Origin: an uncultured Gammaproteobacteria bacterium
GTDB taxonomy: Bacteria; Patescibacteriota; Microgenomatia; Levybacterales; UBA12049
Assembly: GCA_964389405.1 (NCBI GenBank)
Contig: CAYMDS010000001.1
Location: forward strand, 1-39,202
DNA length: 39,202 nucleotides
Direction of reading: 5' to 3'
Below, in pieces: positions 1-7,785 of this stretch (position 1 is its first letter; every line of letters starts with the position of its first letter). Made by a program: the position numbers and the translations under genes. A model generated the notes under the pieces. That model was not told the DNA's origin, ran no database searches, and saw nothing but the letters and a program-made list of their open reading frames with translations.

Positions 1-3000
1 TTCTTATCCTTCTTATCTCATTATCACTAATAGTGTCAAGCCTTACGCCTTATGTAGGTACAGTCGGACCAGTTCAAGCAAATGAACCTACATTAAGTTC
101 TATTTCAGGCGCTTCAAAAAGTATAAAAGAAAATGGAGAAACAGATTCAAAAGCAAAAGATTTATTAGTAAACGCTTTATCTGAAGAAATCAAGACACCG
201 CGCATGATACAAAAGACATCAAAAGATAATAAGAGCGTGAAATTTATCTTCCATAAAGAACCAAGAGTCAGAATTATTAAAGACGGACAGGAGATCGAGT
301 TTGAAACGAAAGAGTTGGGTAATCGAAAAGTAAATCCTAAAGATTCAAAGATATTTAAAGATAAAGAAGTTACATATACAGAGGTTATTCCGGGAATTGA
401 TCTTAAATATAGTATAAACGACTCTGTATTAATTGAAGAGTTTATAGTAAAGAATAAAGATACCGCCAATATGTTAAAAGGCTATATCAGTCAAAAAGTT
501 CGAACAAGTGGCATTAATCTTGTTTCCAAAGATTCTGATGCTTTTGCTTTCTATACACAAGATAATAAAGAAATTTTCCAATTCTCAGCTCCATTCGCAA
601 AAGACGCAAAGGGAGATAAAACATTTGATATACAACTTACGATGAATGAGGAAATAGGTGGTTATGTGCTTAAAAAAACTTTAGGTGAGGCTTCGCGGAG
701 ATGGTTGATGGATCCTGAAAGATCATATCCTGTGATTATTGATCCGAGCGTAGTTGTTTCAGGAGGAATTACTGAGTCGGAAGCCCAGTATGGAAGTATG
801 CAAAGAAAATTGGCATCCTTTACACGTGTAGCGGGTAACAAAATAGATGATGCAGGTGATCCAGGAGGCATGAACGGTAGTTCTCCTCAGCTTGTAAGAA
901 CATCGACTGGAGTTTTGTATGCAGTAATAAATGATGGAGGAGATATCGAGATCTGGAAATCTACAGATGGGATTACTTGGTCTGAGCCTGCAAGCAATGG
1001 TCCTACCGATCTTGGCACATCTGCAGAAGTAGCAATAGCTATAGATTCTTCAAACGTTATCCATATTCTTTATGAGAATAATGATAATTCTCAAGATTTA
1101 AAATACATTACCTACGCCTCCGATGCTTTTAATGTAGGAGGTGCGGAGATTGCAATAAATCTTGGTGGGACAGGGAATAGTTTTAGGGGGATCGATATTG
1201 CTTTGGATAACCTGGGAAAGCCTCATGTTATCGGAATACAATTCGGTGGGTCAAATAGATTAAAATATGCAAATAAAACAGGAGCGAACTGGAGTTCTGA
1301 TGTCGACGCCCATCAAGGGGTCGGTATGCACATGGCAAGTATAGCTATAAATGAAGATTATATTCCCGAAATAGCCTTTATTGATACTACGAATGATGAT
1401 TTAATCGCTCTTGAGGGAAATGCAAATAACGCTACCGCCTTTACTGATACAAGTCCTGTAGTTGATAATTCTGTACATAATACAGCAGGTGTATATGGTA
1501 CAGATATAGCTGTAGACCTATCCGGAAATACTTGGATTTCTTATATCGATGCAACTACTCAGTATGTGACTTTGGCTAAACACAATGATTCAGATTCTTG
1601 GGGCACGTGGTCTACGACAAACAACACCAATGTAGGCAGCGAACCTAATATCGCAGTAGAGAATGGAAATGTATATGTAGGGTATGTTGATGAAAACGCT
1701 GATGTCGCATGGGATAGATATAACGGTAGCTGGCTAGGTGAGAAAGTGAGAAGGGCAGGTACTTTTCAGGACGTGAGGCTTAGATGGTCACATAATAGCC
1801 ATAGTTTTAGCACAAACTTTGACTATCTTTATTCTGATGGTACTGATATATATTGGGATTCTTTGTCGGATAATTTTTATGCCTTTTATAATGATGGGGG
1901 AGATGTATCATATAAAAAATCTACAGACGGTGGAGTGCAGTGGAATACCGCAGTGACAGTCGATGATGGTGATGCTGATAACTATAATCCAAGTATTTCG
2001 GTTTCGAATAATATTATTCATGTCTTTTGGGTTGATGATGGAGCGGAAAGAATCGAAGGCAGGCGCATCGATACCGGCTCTTCGGATGCACAAGGTACAC
2101 TTTGCCAGACTTCGGTGGATGGCACTTTGGGAAGTACCTTTATGGTTACTGTGGCTAAATTGTCAGATACTGCATCTATTATCGCTTATTCAGATACCAG
2201 CAGTGATAGTGAGGTAAATATATTTTCACTCGCTGGATTAGATGGTGCGTGTACCGGAAATTCAACTTCTATACTGACGGGTACAGTCACTTTTGGTACT
2301 CAGGGACCGGGGCTTACCGCTGGAGATCGTCCGCTTTTAATACCCCTCTCCTCAACAAGTGTAGGTATGATCTTTCAGGATGGCACCGATTTATCTTATG
2401 CGCAGTATTTCACAACCAATAACGAGTGGACTCGGAATAATCAGACTATAGCATCTGTAACGCATAACGTGTATTCCGCTGCGACGAATGGTACGACTAT
2501 CTGGCTTTTGGTTGCTGATACGACTCAAGCTGATGACGTATTTCTCTACACCTACCCCACAGCTAATACTGGAGCTATCGAATCCACCACTCTTGATGCT
2601 GATGTAGTGGGTTCTTCTTCAGATATGGAAGACAGTATACTAGATATGTATTGTGTAGCTGCGGATGATTGTAAAATTGTGTTTATTGACAATTTAGATA
2701 CAACCGCGCCTGATCTGATGTTTGTTGACTGCGACAATGCGACTTGCTCATCAAATACTATCAATAATATCGATAGTGATGTCGGAGATGCGTCTGTGGG
2801 GGGTAATCCTAAAATTTACTGCGTAGCCTCTGATAATTGTAAAATACTTTATGGCGACATGTCGGATGTAGCGCCGGATGCGGTGTTTGTGGATTGCTCT
2901 GTTGGTGATTGTGATAACGCTGGTACGCCTGGCACATGTGCATCGGGTGGAAGGACTTGTACTGTAATTGATACCGATTTAGGTGCTGCAGATTCAGAGT

Positions 3001-4181
3001 TCTATGGAGATATATTCTGTATTGCTGATGATAACTGTAAGCTGATTTATTTCAATACTGTCGACGAAACGAATGATGTATTATACTTTGTGGATTGTGC
3101 TAATGCTGTATGTTCTGGAGCTACACCTGGTAATATCGCGCAGGATTTTAATGGTGATACATCTTATGCCAATGTCCATATGTCTTTATACTGTGTATCT
3201 GATACAGATTGTAAGGCGTTGTATCATGATGCAGTAAATGGTGATTTAACCATGATTGATTGTTCGAATGCGGCATGCAGCGCACAGGATAGCGGCAGTC
3301 CATCTGATATTGATACTGGTGTGGGAGGAACAACAGTTAGCGCGCCTAATGATATCGATTGTAGTCCCGGATCCACAGACTGTAAGATAGTTTATATAGA
3401 TAGTTCTGAGAATGAGGTCAGTTTTGTGGATTGTCCGGATAGTGCTTGTACCTCCTCAGGTAGAACAATAACTAAGTTAGATGATACAGCTGGATCAAAT
3501 GTAGCTGATGTAGGTTTGGGGAATGAGATGGCCAGAATTGATTGTGTTTCTGCCACAGACTGTAAAGGCAGTTGGAGCGATGGTGCTACCTATAGTTACT
3601 TTTTTGATTGTGATAATGCTACATGTACTGCGGGTTCCGCAGAGCGATTGGTGACACCGGCATATGGTTCAGCTGTCGATTGCACAGGGGGAACATCTGA
3701 TTGTAAATTAGTATACTATGATGCCTATGTATCAGTTAATGATGGCCCGGTAACTTTTACTGACTGCACAAATGATAAATGCATACCCGACTGGACTGAT
3801 GCCTCAGATCCATGGACGGGGGAAAGCCAAATCGAATCAGTAACCATTACCTATGATTCGACGAACTCAGATATAGTAGCAAGTGCCATTATGGACTCTT
3901 CAGATCAGGCATATTTCAGAATAAGTGATGCAACCACCATTTCATGGGGAACAGAGTATTCATATAACTTAACAGCAGGGGATTTAGGACATCTGTCTTC
4001 GCCTGAATCCGCGGCGGGTTTTGGGGGAATGGGAATAGTATATAGACAGGGTAGTAATTTCGAGTTTGCCACTTTGCCTGAAAAAATATGGATATTTATT
4101 TTTATCACCCCTTTTTTCCCTATCTTTATTAAAGATATTAGAAAGCGTAAGATATCTAAGAAAATAAGCTGCATTCTTTAA
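1..4181 (+). CDS. Giant secreted/cell-surface protein (5' end off-window): Asp-box/beta-propeller-like N-terminal half, seven tandem 4-Cys repeats, C-terminal tripartite sorting signal
   Basis: The ORF track gives 33..4181, but the same frame is open from nt 3. It reads LILLISLSLIVSSLTPYVGTVGPVQA/NE, a signal-peptide h-region plus an AXA-like site, so the true start lies upstream of the window. Asp-box SxDxGxxW occurs at nt 960-980 (STDGITW) and 1920-1943 (STDGGVQW), with recurrent blade-like (I/V)x(I/V)xYxD segments. The C-terminus is ATLPEKIWIFIFITPFFPIFIKDIRKRKISKKISCIL. Confidence 0.85.
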   Translation, partial: LILLISLSLIVSSLTPYVGTVGPVQANEPTLSSISGASKSIKENGETDSKAKDLLVNALSEEIKTPRMIQKTSKDNKSVKFIFHKEPRVRIIKDGQEIEFETKELGNRKVNPKDSKIFKDKEVTYTEVIPGIDLKYSINDSVLIEEFIVKNKDTANMLKGYISQKVRTSGINLVSKDSDAFAFYTQDNKEIFQFSAPFAKDAKGDKTFDIQLTMNEEIGGYVLKKTLGEASRRWLMDPERSYPVIIDPSVVVSGGITESEAQYGSMQRKLASFTRVAGNKIDDAGDPGGMNGSSPQLVRTSTGVLYAVINDGGDIEIWKSTDGITWSEPASNGPTDLGTSAEVAIAIDSSNVIHILYENNDNSQDLKYITYASDAFNVGGAEIAINLGGTGNSFRGIDIALDNLGKPHVIGIQFGGSNRLKYANKTGANWSSDVDAHQGVGMHMASIAINEDYIPEIAFIDTTNDDLIALEGNANNATAFTDTSPVVDNSVHNTAGVYGTDIAVDLSGNTWISYIDATTQYVTLAKHNDSDSWGTWSTTNNTNVGSEPNIAVENGNVYVGYVDENADVAWDRYNGSWLGEKVRRAGTFQDVRLRWSHNSHSFSTNFDYLYSDGTDIYWDSLSDNFYAFYNDGGDVSYKKSTDGGVQWNTAVTVDDGDADNYNPSISVSNNIIHVFWVDDGAERIEGRRIDTGSSDAQGTLCQTSVDGTLGSTFMVTVAKLSDTASIIAYSDTSSDSEVNIFSLAGLDGACTGNSTSILTGTVTFGTQGPGLTAGDRPLLIPLSSTSVGMIFQDGTDLSYAQYFTTNNEWTRNNQTIASVTHNVYSAATNGTTIWLLVADTTQADDVFLYTYPTANTGAIESTTLDADVVGSSSDMEDSILDMYCVAADDCKIVFIDNLDTTAPDLMFVDCDNATCSSNTINNIDSDVGDASVGGNPKIYCVASDNCKILYGDMSDVAPDAVFVDCSVGDCDNAGTPGTCASGGRTCTVIDTDLGAADSEFYGDIFCIADDNCKLIYFNTVDETNDVLYFVDCANAVCSGATPGNIAQDFNGDTSYANVHMSLYCVSDTDCKALYHDAVNGDLTMIDCSNAACSAQDSGSPSDIDTGVGGTTVSAPNDIDCSPGSTDCKIVYIDSSENEVSFVDCPDSACTSSGRTITKLDDTAGSNVADVGLGNEMARIDCVSATDCKGSWSDGATYSYFFDCDNATCTAGSAERLVTPAYGSAVDCTGGTSDCKLVYYDAYVSVNDGPVTFTDCTNDKCIPDWTDASDPWTGESQIESVTITYDSTNSDIVASAIMDSSDQAYFRISDATTISWGTEYSYNLTAGDLGHLSSPESAAGFGGMGIVYRQGSNFEFATLPEKIWIFIFITPFFPIFIKDIRKRKISKKISCIL
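2652..3782 (+). repeat. Seven tandem protein-level repeats (~50-60 aa each) with four conserved Cys: C-x(4-6)-DCK-x2-(Y/F)...(F/M)-x-DC-x(3-4)-C
   Basis: Read from the translation: YCVAADDCKIVF..FVDCDNATC; YCVASDNCKILY..FVDCSVGDC; FCIADDNCKLIY..FVDCANAVC; YCVSDTDCKALY..MIDCSNAAC; DCSPGSTDCKIVY..FVDCPDSAC; DCVSATDCKGSW..FFDCDNATC; DCTGGTSDCKLVY..FTDCTNDKC. Confidence 0.85.
4074..4178 (+). other. C-terminal sorting-signal-like tail: LPEK motif, hydrophobic helix (IWIFIFITPFFPIFI), basic cluster (KDIRKRKISKK)
   Basis: These are the last 35 codons of the giant ORF. The tripartite layout matches PEP-CTERM/PGF-CTERM-type signals but the signature motif differs. An exosortase-family gene lies immediately downstream. 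Confidence 0.65.
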
Positions 4182-4206
4182 AGCAAATTATCTTAAGTCT
4201 CAACAT

Positions 4207-4824
4207 ATGGAAGACATAAAACAAATTAAAAATGTAAAAAGTACTCCGAAAAGACAGGCTGTAATTAACTTATTTATTATTCTCACTATCCTGCTTCTGG
4301 TTTTGCCTTTTTATAATACTATTTCTGATATCTTTACCAGAATAGTTATAAATTTTGATTGGTACCGACCGATAAAAGATTATATTGTGCCTGCGCAGGT
4401 CAGGATGGTTGCTGTAATTCTTATGCCTTTTGGCCTAAAGCCATCAATTATGGGTGAGTATCTCGCAATAGGTAGGGAAGATCCATATCTTATAGAAATA
4501 GCTTGGAATTGTATCGGATGGCAGTCAATGTTATTTTTTCTCATATCCGGATGGATAGTACTTCAAGGCAATGATTATACGACACTTAGTAGAATTAAGA
4601 CATGGATAGGGGGTTTTGTAGGTACTTTTTTACTCAATCTTTTAAGAATAAGCTCAATTGTTTTATTAGCTTACTTTTTTGGTCAAGACACAGCATCATT
4701 TTTCCATGATTATGGATCTACATTAGTAGTTATAGCCTGGTTAATTTTTTTCTGGTGGTTTTCTTATAAGTTTTTTCTTGAAGAAAAAGATTTTACTCTG
4801 GATAATTTTTTTGAGCGTAAGTAA
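4207..4824 (+). CDS. Exosortase/archaeosortase-family (EpsH-like) membrane protein, unusually small (205 aa)
   Basis: About 5-6 TM segments. AWNC(102)IGWQSM, LLNLLR(147)ISS and FFH(167)DYG reproduce the Cys / N-x-x-R / His pattern I associate with the family core. It starts 26 nt after the stop of the gene encoding the putative substrate. Confidence 0.7.
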   Translation: MEDIKQIKNVKSTPKRQAVINLFIILTILLLVLPFYNTISDIFTRIVINFDWYRPIKDYIVPAQVRMVAVILMPFGLKPSIMGEYLAIGREDPYLIEIAWNCIGWQSMLFFLISGWIVLQGNDYTTLSRIKTWIGGFVGTFLLNLLRISSIVLLAYFFGQDTASFFHDYGSTLVVIAWLIFFWWFSYKFFLEEKDFTLDNFFERK

Positions 4825-5012
4825 ATTTTAAAATTGTATTTATAGAAAATTTAGATTCGCAGGACTAAATTCTGCATGATTTGAGTTAGGAGGGAAGTGT
4901 AAAGAAAAAAATACGAAAGTCCTGTAGTAAATATTATTGATATATTTTGATATAGTTATGAAGATATAATTTGTGGATAACTTTTAGATTTAGATTATTA
5001 TATCAATCTAAA

Positions 5013-5480
5013 CTATGGTTCAAGTCGTGCTATATTTAACTCTGAAGCGTATGTTATGATCTGGGGATCTGTAGATACGATGACATATTGTAGTTTTGAG
5101 GCCATAGCCAGTAAAAGACTGTCAGTAAAGCTTATATGATTGGAGTTTTCATCATTTGTAGGATGTTGATATAGTGAAAAGGCAGTTTTCACGATTTGCT
5201 TATTTGGAGAATTTATGGTGCAGTTGGCAATAATTTGCCGCAAGTATGATGCTACGACGTCATGTAATTGTTTTTTTTCTGAAACTTGTAAAGAATATCG
5301 CGCAGGAATTACATGTGTGGTAAATAATTCGAATTCATTTAATATAAAATCCGGAATCACCCGCTTCATGAGCGGAATTTTTCTATAAACATACAGATAT
5401 TTTTTCGATATCTCATCCTCCTGATCGTTATATTTTTGTAACAATTCAGCCACCAATATACTTGTATCGATAATATACAT
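5013..5480 (-). CDS. PIN-domain toxin (VapC-like ribonuclease)
   Basis: MYIIDTSILV start with Asp5, then NEFE, FTDSLLL and VSTDPQ acidic positions typical of PIN domains. The ORF could start at 5498, but the Met at 5480 gives the canonical N-terminus and sits 1 nt after the antitoxin stop. Confidence 0.8.
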   Translation of the reverse strand: MYIIDTSILVAELLQKYNDQEDEISKKYLYVYRKIPLMKRVIPDFILNEFELFTTHVIPARYSLQVSEKKQLHDVVASYLRQIIANCTINSPNKQIVKTAFSLYQHPTNDENSNHISFTDSLLLAMASKLQYVIVSTDPQIITYASELNIARLEP

Positions 5481-5481
5481 A

Positions 5482-5757
5482 TTAAGACTTCTTCTCAACA
5501 GCTTGATTCGTGGAAGATAAGGCAGAATCTAGGTTGTTTGTGTTAATTTTTGTACCTTTAGGAAGCTTGATTCGTTTAGAAAGACGTTTGACTGATAAAT
5601 TAAATATTTTTAACGTGCTTTTCTCTTCCTCGTTCATTCTCTCTATGTATTCCTTTATGAGATCATCAATCACCTGTGATTTAGGTATTCCTAATTTTGC
5701 GGCCAATGCATGTAATTGTTGATATGTATTGTTAGTTATACTAATAGTTTTATACAT
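5482..5757 (-). CDS. Ribbon-helix-helix (CopG/VapB-like) antitoxin
   Basis: 91 aa. KTISITNNTYQQLHALAAKLGIPKSQVIDDLIKEYIERM fits a beta-strand plus two helices RHH. It lies directly upstream of, and is coupled to, the PIN gene. Confidence 0.7.
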   Translation of the reverse strand: MYKTISITNNTYQQLHALAAKLGIPKSQVIDDLIKEYIERMNEEEKSTLKIFNLSVKRLSKRIKLPKGTKINTNNLDSALSSTNQAVEKKS

Positions 5758-5769
5758 AGTATTAGTATA

Positions 5770-5797
5770 GTTATAACATATATTATAATAATTGCAA
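5770..5797 (-). promoter_or_regulatory. Candidate sigma70-type promoter of the antitoxin-toxin operon (TTGCAA-N16 with TGt-TATAAC extended -10)
   Basis: On the minus strand, -35 TTGCAA is at 5797-5792, TGt at 5778-5776 and -10 TATAAC at 5775-5770. Only 12 nt separate the -10 from the ATG (5757) and there is no SD, implying a near-leaderless mRNA. The AT-rich background makes chance matches likely. Confidence 0.3.
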
Positions 5798-5875
5798 TAG
5801 GCTATTGTAGTTAAATCATCCTGATTGAGGCTATTTGCGATACAAATGAAATAATGTTGTATTATTTACGTATAT

Positions 5876-7702
5876 ATGTGGTTACCGCCTTTATTTATTT
5901 CAGTTATAAATTTATCGAATTTCTTTATAGATAAATTTCCGAATATAGACTGGTATCCTTTTTGGTATTTAGGTAATCCTTATAGATTTCTCACAGGTCC
6001 TGTTATACCTTTTGCGTTATATTTGTTTTCTTTAGTTTCAATTCCAGGTTATGTTGCTTATTGTCTGATTATAGCTTTAAGTCTAATTTTAGGTGGATTA
6101 GGGCTATTCTTCTATTTTAAATTTAACGGAGTAAGTAAATCCAATTCTTTTTTTCCTGCTTTGTGTTTTATTTTTATCCCAATAATGTATATAGTTCTTC
6201 CTTATCAAAATGGTCTTAAATATATAGCTATAGGTATATATCCACTGCTTTTTTTACTGTATCAGAAAAGTCTGATTTCACCTACTAAGCTTAAGGGGTT
6301 TATTTCTTCTTTTATAATTACTTTTATTCTTCTTATAAATAGTTCTTCCTTTTTACCTTTATTCATAGCGTTAATTGCTTTAGTCATTTCAGAAAAGGAT
6401 AAAGGTAGAGAAAAAAATGTTTTGGAACTGATTCTATTTATATCTCTTGCTATTTCATTATCTTTATTTTGGTATACACCTGAATATATCGGGATAATTT
6501 TAATGAATCCATCAATTGGCGGCTTGCCGCTTATTAAAGTATCAAGTAATTTATTTAATTTACTATTTCAGCTCTTGCCTATTATTTTTGCTTTATTGAT
6601 TTCTAAATTTAAATACTTGAAGCTTTCGGGCTTTAAATTTTTTTCTGTTACATTTTTCGCATCTTTAGTTTTTTTATCATTCATTCGATTTATCGCTGAT
6701 CCGGATTTTATCATGGACTGGACCGGGTTTTTTCCTGAGATTCAGTTGGCGCTAGCTATGGTTATCAGTAGCTTCAGTAAAGAGTTTAAGAAAAAAGGAT
6801 ATGTAATATTAGCTACAGTTTTTATTTTATTTTATGGATACATCGTTTTAACTGTTTACCACACTGACTTTAGTAATGGTTTTGAGAATAAATATAAAAC
6901 CAGAATAGAACAAACTCTCTCAAATAATGTGAAGCCTAATAATCGTATTTTTTTATCAGGTAATCCTGTTTTTTGGTTAAGCGATAGAGATGAAATCATG
7001 CAGGTTCGAGGAGGAAATGATCTGGGGAGTATTAATACTTGGTGGATGCATGGAGCATATCAAATACGTGAAGGCGATGATGCATCGCTTGCTGCAGTCT
7101 GGTTAAGAATATTTGGTGTATCTTATATACTAATAAATTCAAAAGATTCTGAAGAATATTTTAAAGATTTTAAAAACATCGAAAGATATAGAGATAGTAA
7201 GTATTTTAGCTTGCAATATTATGAAAAAGGCAACTTTCTGTATAAAGTAAAAAATTCAGCTCTTGTGCGTATTGCTGATGTTGGAATTTTAAGTACGCCC
7301 TCGCCTAGAGACGGCGCTGATGTTAGAAATTTATTAGCTTACGCTGGGAATTTTAAGCAGGAGATAGAATTCAGATCCAATAAGTCTAATCAAATTATAG
7401 TATCTGGAGAAATGAAAAAAGATGAGGTGATATCTTTAGCTGTTTCATTTGATAGAAACTGGAAAATCGAAAAAGGTGAAGGAAGAATACTTGGTGATGC
7501 GTTGGATAATATAGTTATAATGCCGGAAAAGCATGGAAAGCAGGAATTTATATTGAAATATAAAAGAGATTTTTTTGATTGGGCTATACCAATGATTTTT
7601 TCTATGATTATTATATTCATGATTTATCGCACTGAACGGATAATATTATTTATAAAAAGAATCATAAGCAAATTTTCTCTAGGTCTTCAGGATGATTACT
7701 AG
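5876..7702 (+). CDS. Large polytopic membrane protein, GT-C-fold-like glycosyltransferase candidate (YfhO/ArnT/PMT-type architecture)
   Basis: 608 aa: ~10+ TM helices, a ~250-aa extracytoplasmic domain and a final C-terminal TM helix. The C-terminal SFDRNWKIEKGEG..ILG..VIMPEKHGKQEFILKY pattern resembles that of the 1074-aa protein at 21621. Confidence 0.5.
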   Translation: MWLPPLFISVINLSNFFIDKFPNIDWYPFWYLGNPYRFLTGPVIPFALYLFSLVSIPGYVAYCLIIALSLILGGLGLFFYFKFNGVSKSNSFFPALCFIFIPIMYIVLPYQNGLKYIAIGIYPLLFLLYQKSLISPTKLKGFISSFIITFILLINSSSFLPLFIALIALVISEKDKGREKNVLELILFISLAISLSLFWYTPEYIGIILMNPSIGGLPLIKVSSNLFNLLFQLLPIIFALLISKFKYLKLSGFKFFSVTFFASLVFLSFIRFIADPDFIMDWTGFFPEIQLALAMVISSFSKEFKKKGYVILATVFILFYGYIVLTVYHTDFSNGFENKYKTRIEQTLSNNVKPNNRIFLSGNPVFWLSDRDEIMQVRGGNDLGSINTWWMHGAYQIREGDDASLAAVWLRIFGVSYILINSKDSEEYFKDFKNIERYRDSKYFSLQYYEKGNFLYKVKNSALVRIADVGILSTPSPRDGADVRNLLAYAGNFKQEIEFRSNKSNQIIVSGEMKKDEVISLAVSFDRNWKIEKGEGRILGDALDNIVIMPEKHGKQEFILKYKRDFFDWAIPMIFSMIIIFMIYRTERIILFIKRIISKFSLGLQDDY

Positions 7703-7785
7703 TTGACATCGTTTTAAGACGTATTCTACTCTAAAAACAGGAGCTAATCTATTAGCTAGATGAGTTTAATCAGAAAAGGCTTAAT

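Noticed and set aside
74-469. Antisense or alternative-frame ORFs of 60-150 aa nested inside longer, well-supported genes. Examples: 74-469, 662-871, 1963-2217, 13312-13575, 15260-15568, 21086-21418, 24491-24826, 26895-27338, 29414-29659, 29870-30128, 31365-31715, 37374-37670, 38616-38984.
   Set aside because: Each lies wholly within a longer ORF that has clear family motifs on the other strand or frame. Their translations are low-complexity or mirror images of the real gene. They have no independent start context.
4074-4178. Reading the LPEK tail as a sortase LPXTG cell-wall sorting signal.
   Set aside because: The motif is LPEKIW, with no T-G at positions 4-5. No sortase (TLxTC) gene is present in the window, whereas an exosortase-family gene is adjacent. 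Sortase processing cannot be excluded without experiments.
4860-5013. A 7-bp long-range complementarity (CAGGACT at 4861-4867 / AGTCCTG at 4919-4925) and an 8-bp hairpin (TTTAGATT..AATCTAAA) just downstream of the PIN gene stop, as possible ncRNA or terminator.
   Set aside because: The stems are short and AT-rich, there is no U-run, and such matches are expected by chance in about 190 nt of AT-rich spacer.
7040-7063. WWMHGAYQ in the 608-aa membrane protein, just after its TM bundle, resembling the STT3/PglB/AglB WWDYG(Y)Q motif. This would make the protein an oligosaccharyltransferase.
   Set aside because: The catalytically important Asp is replaced (WWMHG), there is an extra residue, and I cannot verify the other OST motifs (DxD loops, DK/MI) by eye. 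It is too weak to call and is better tested by profile or structure comparison.
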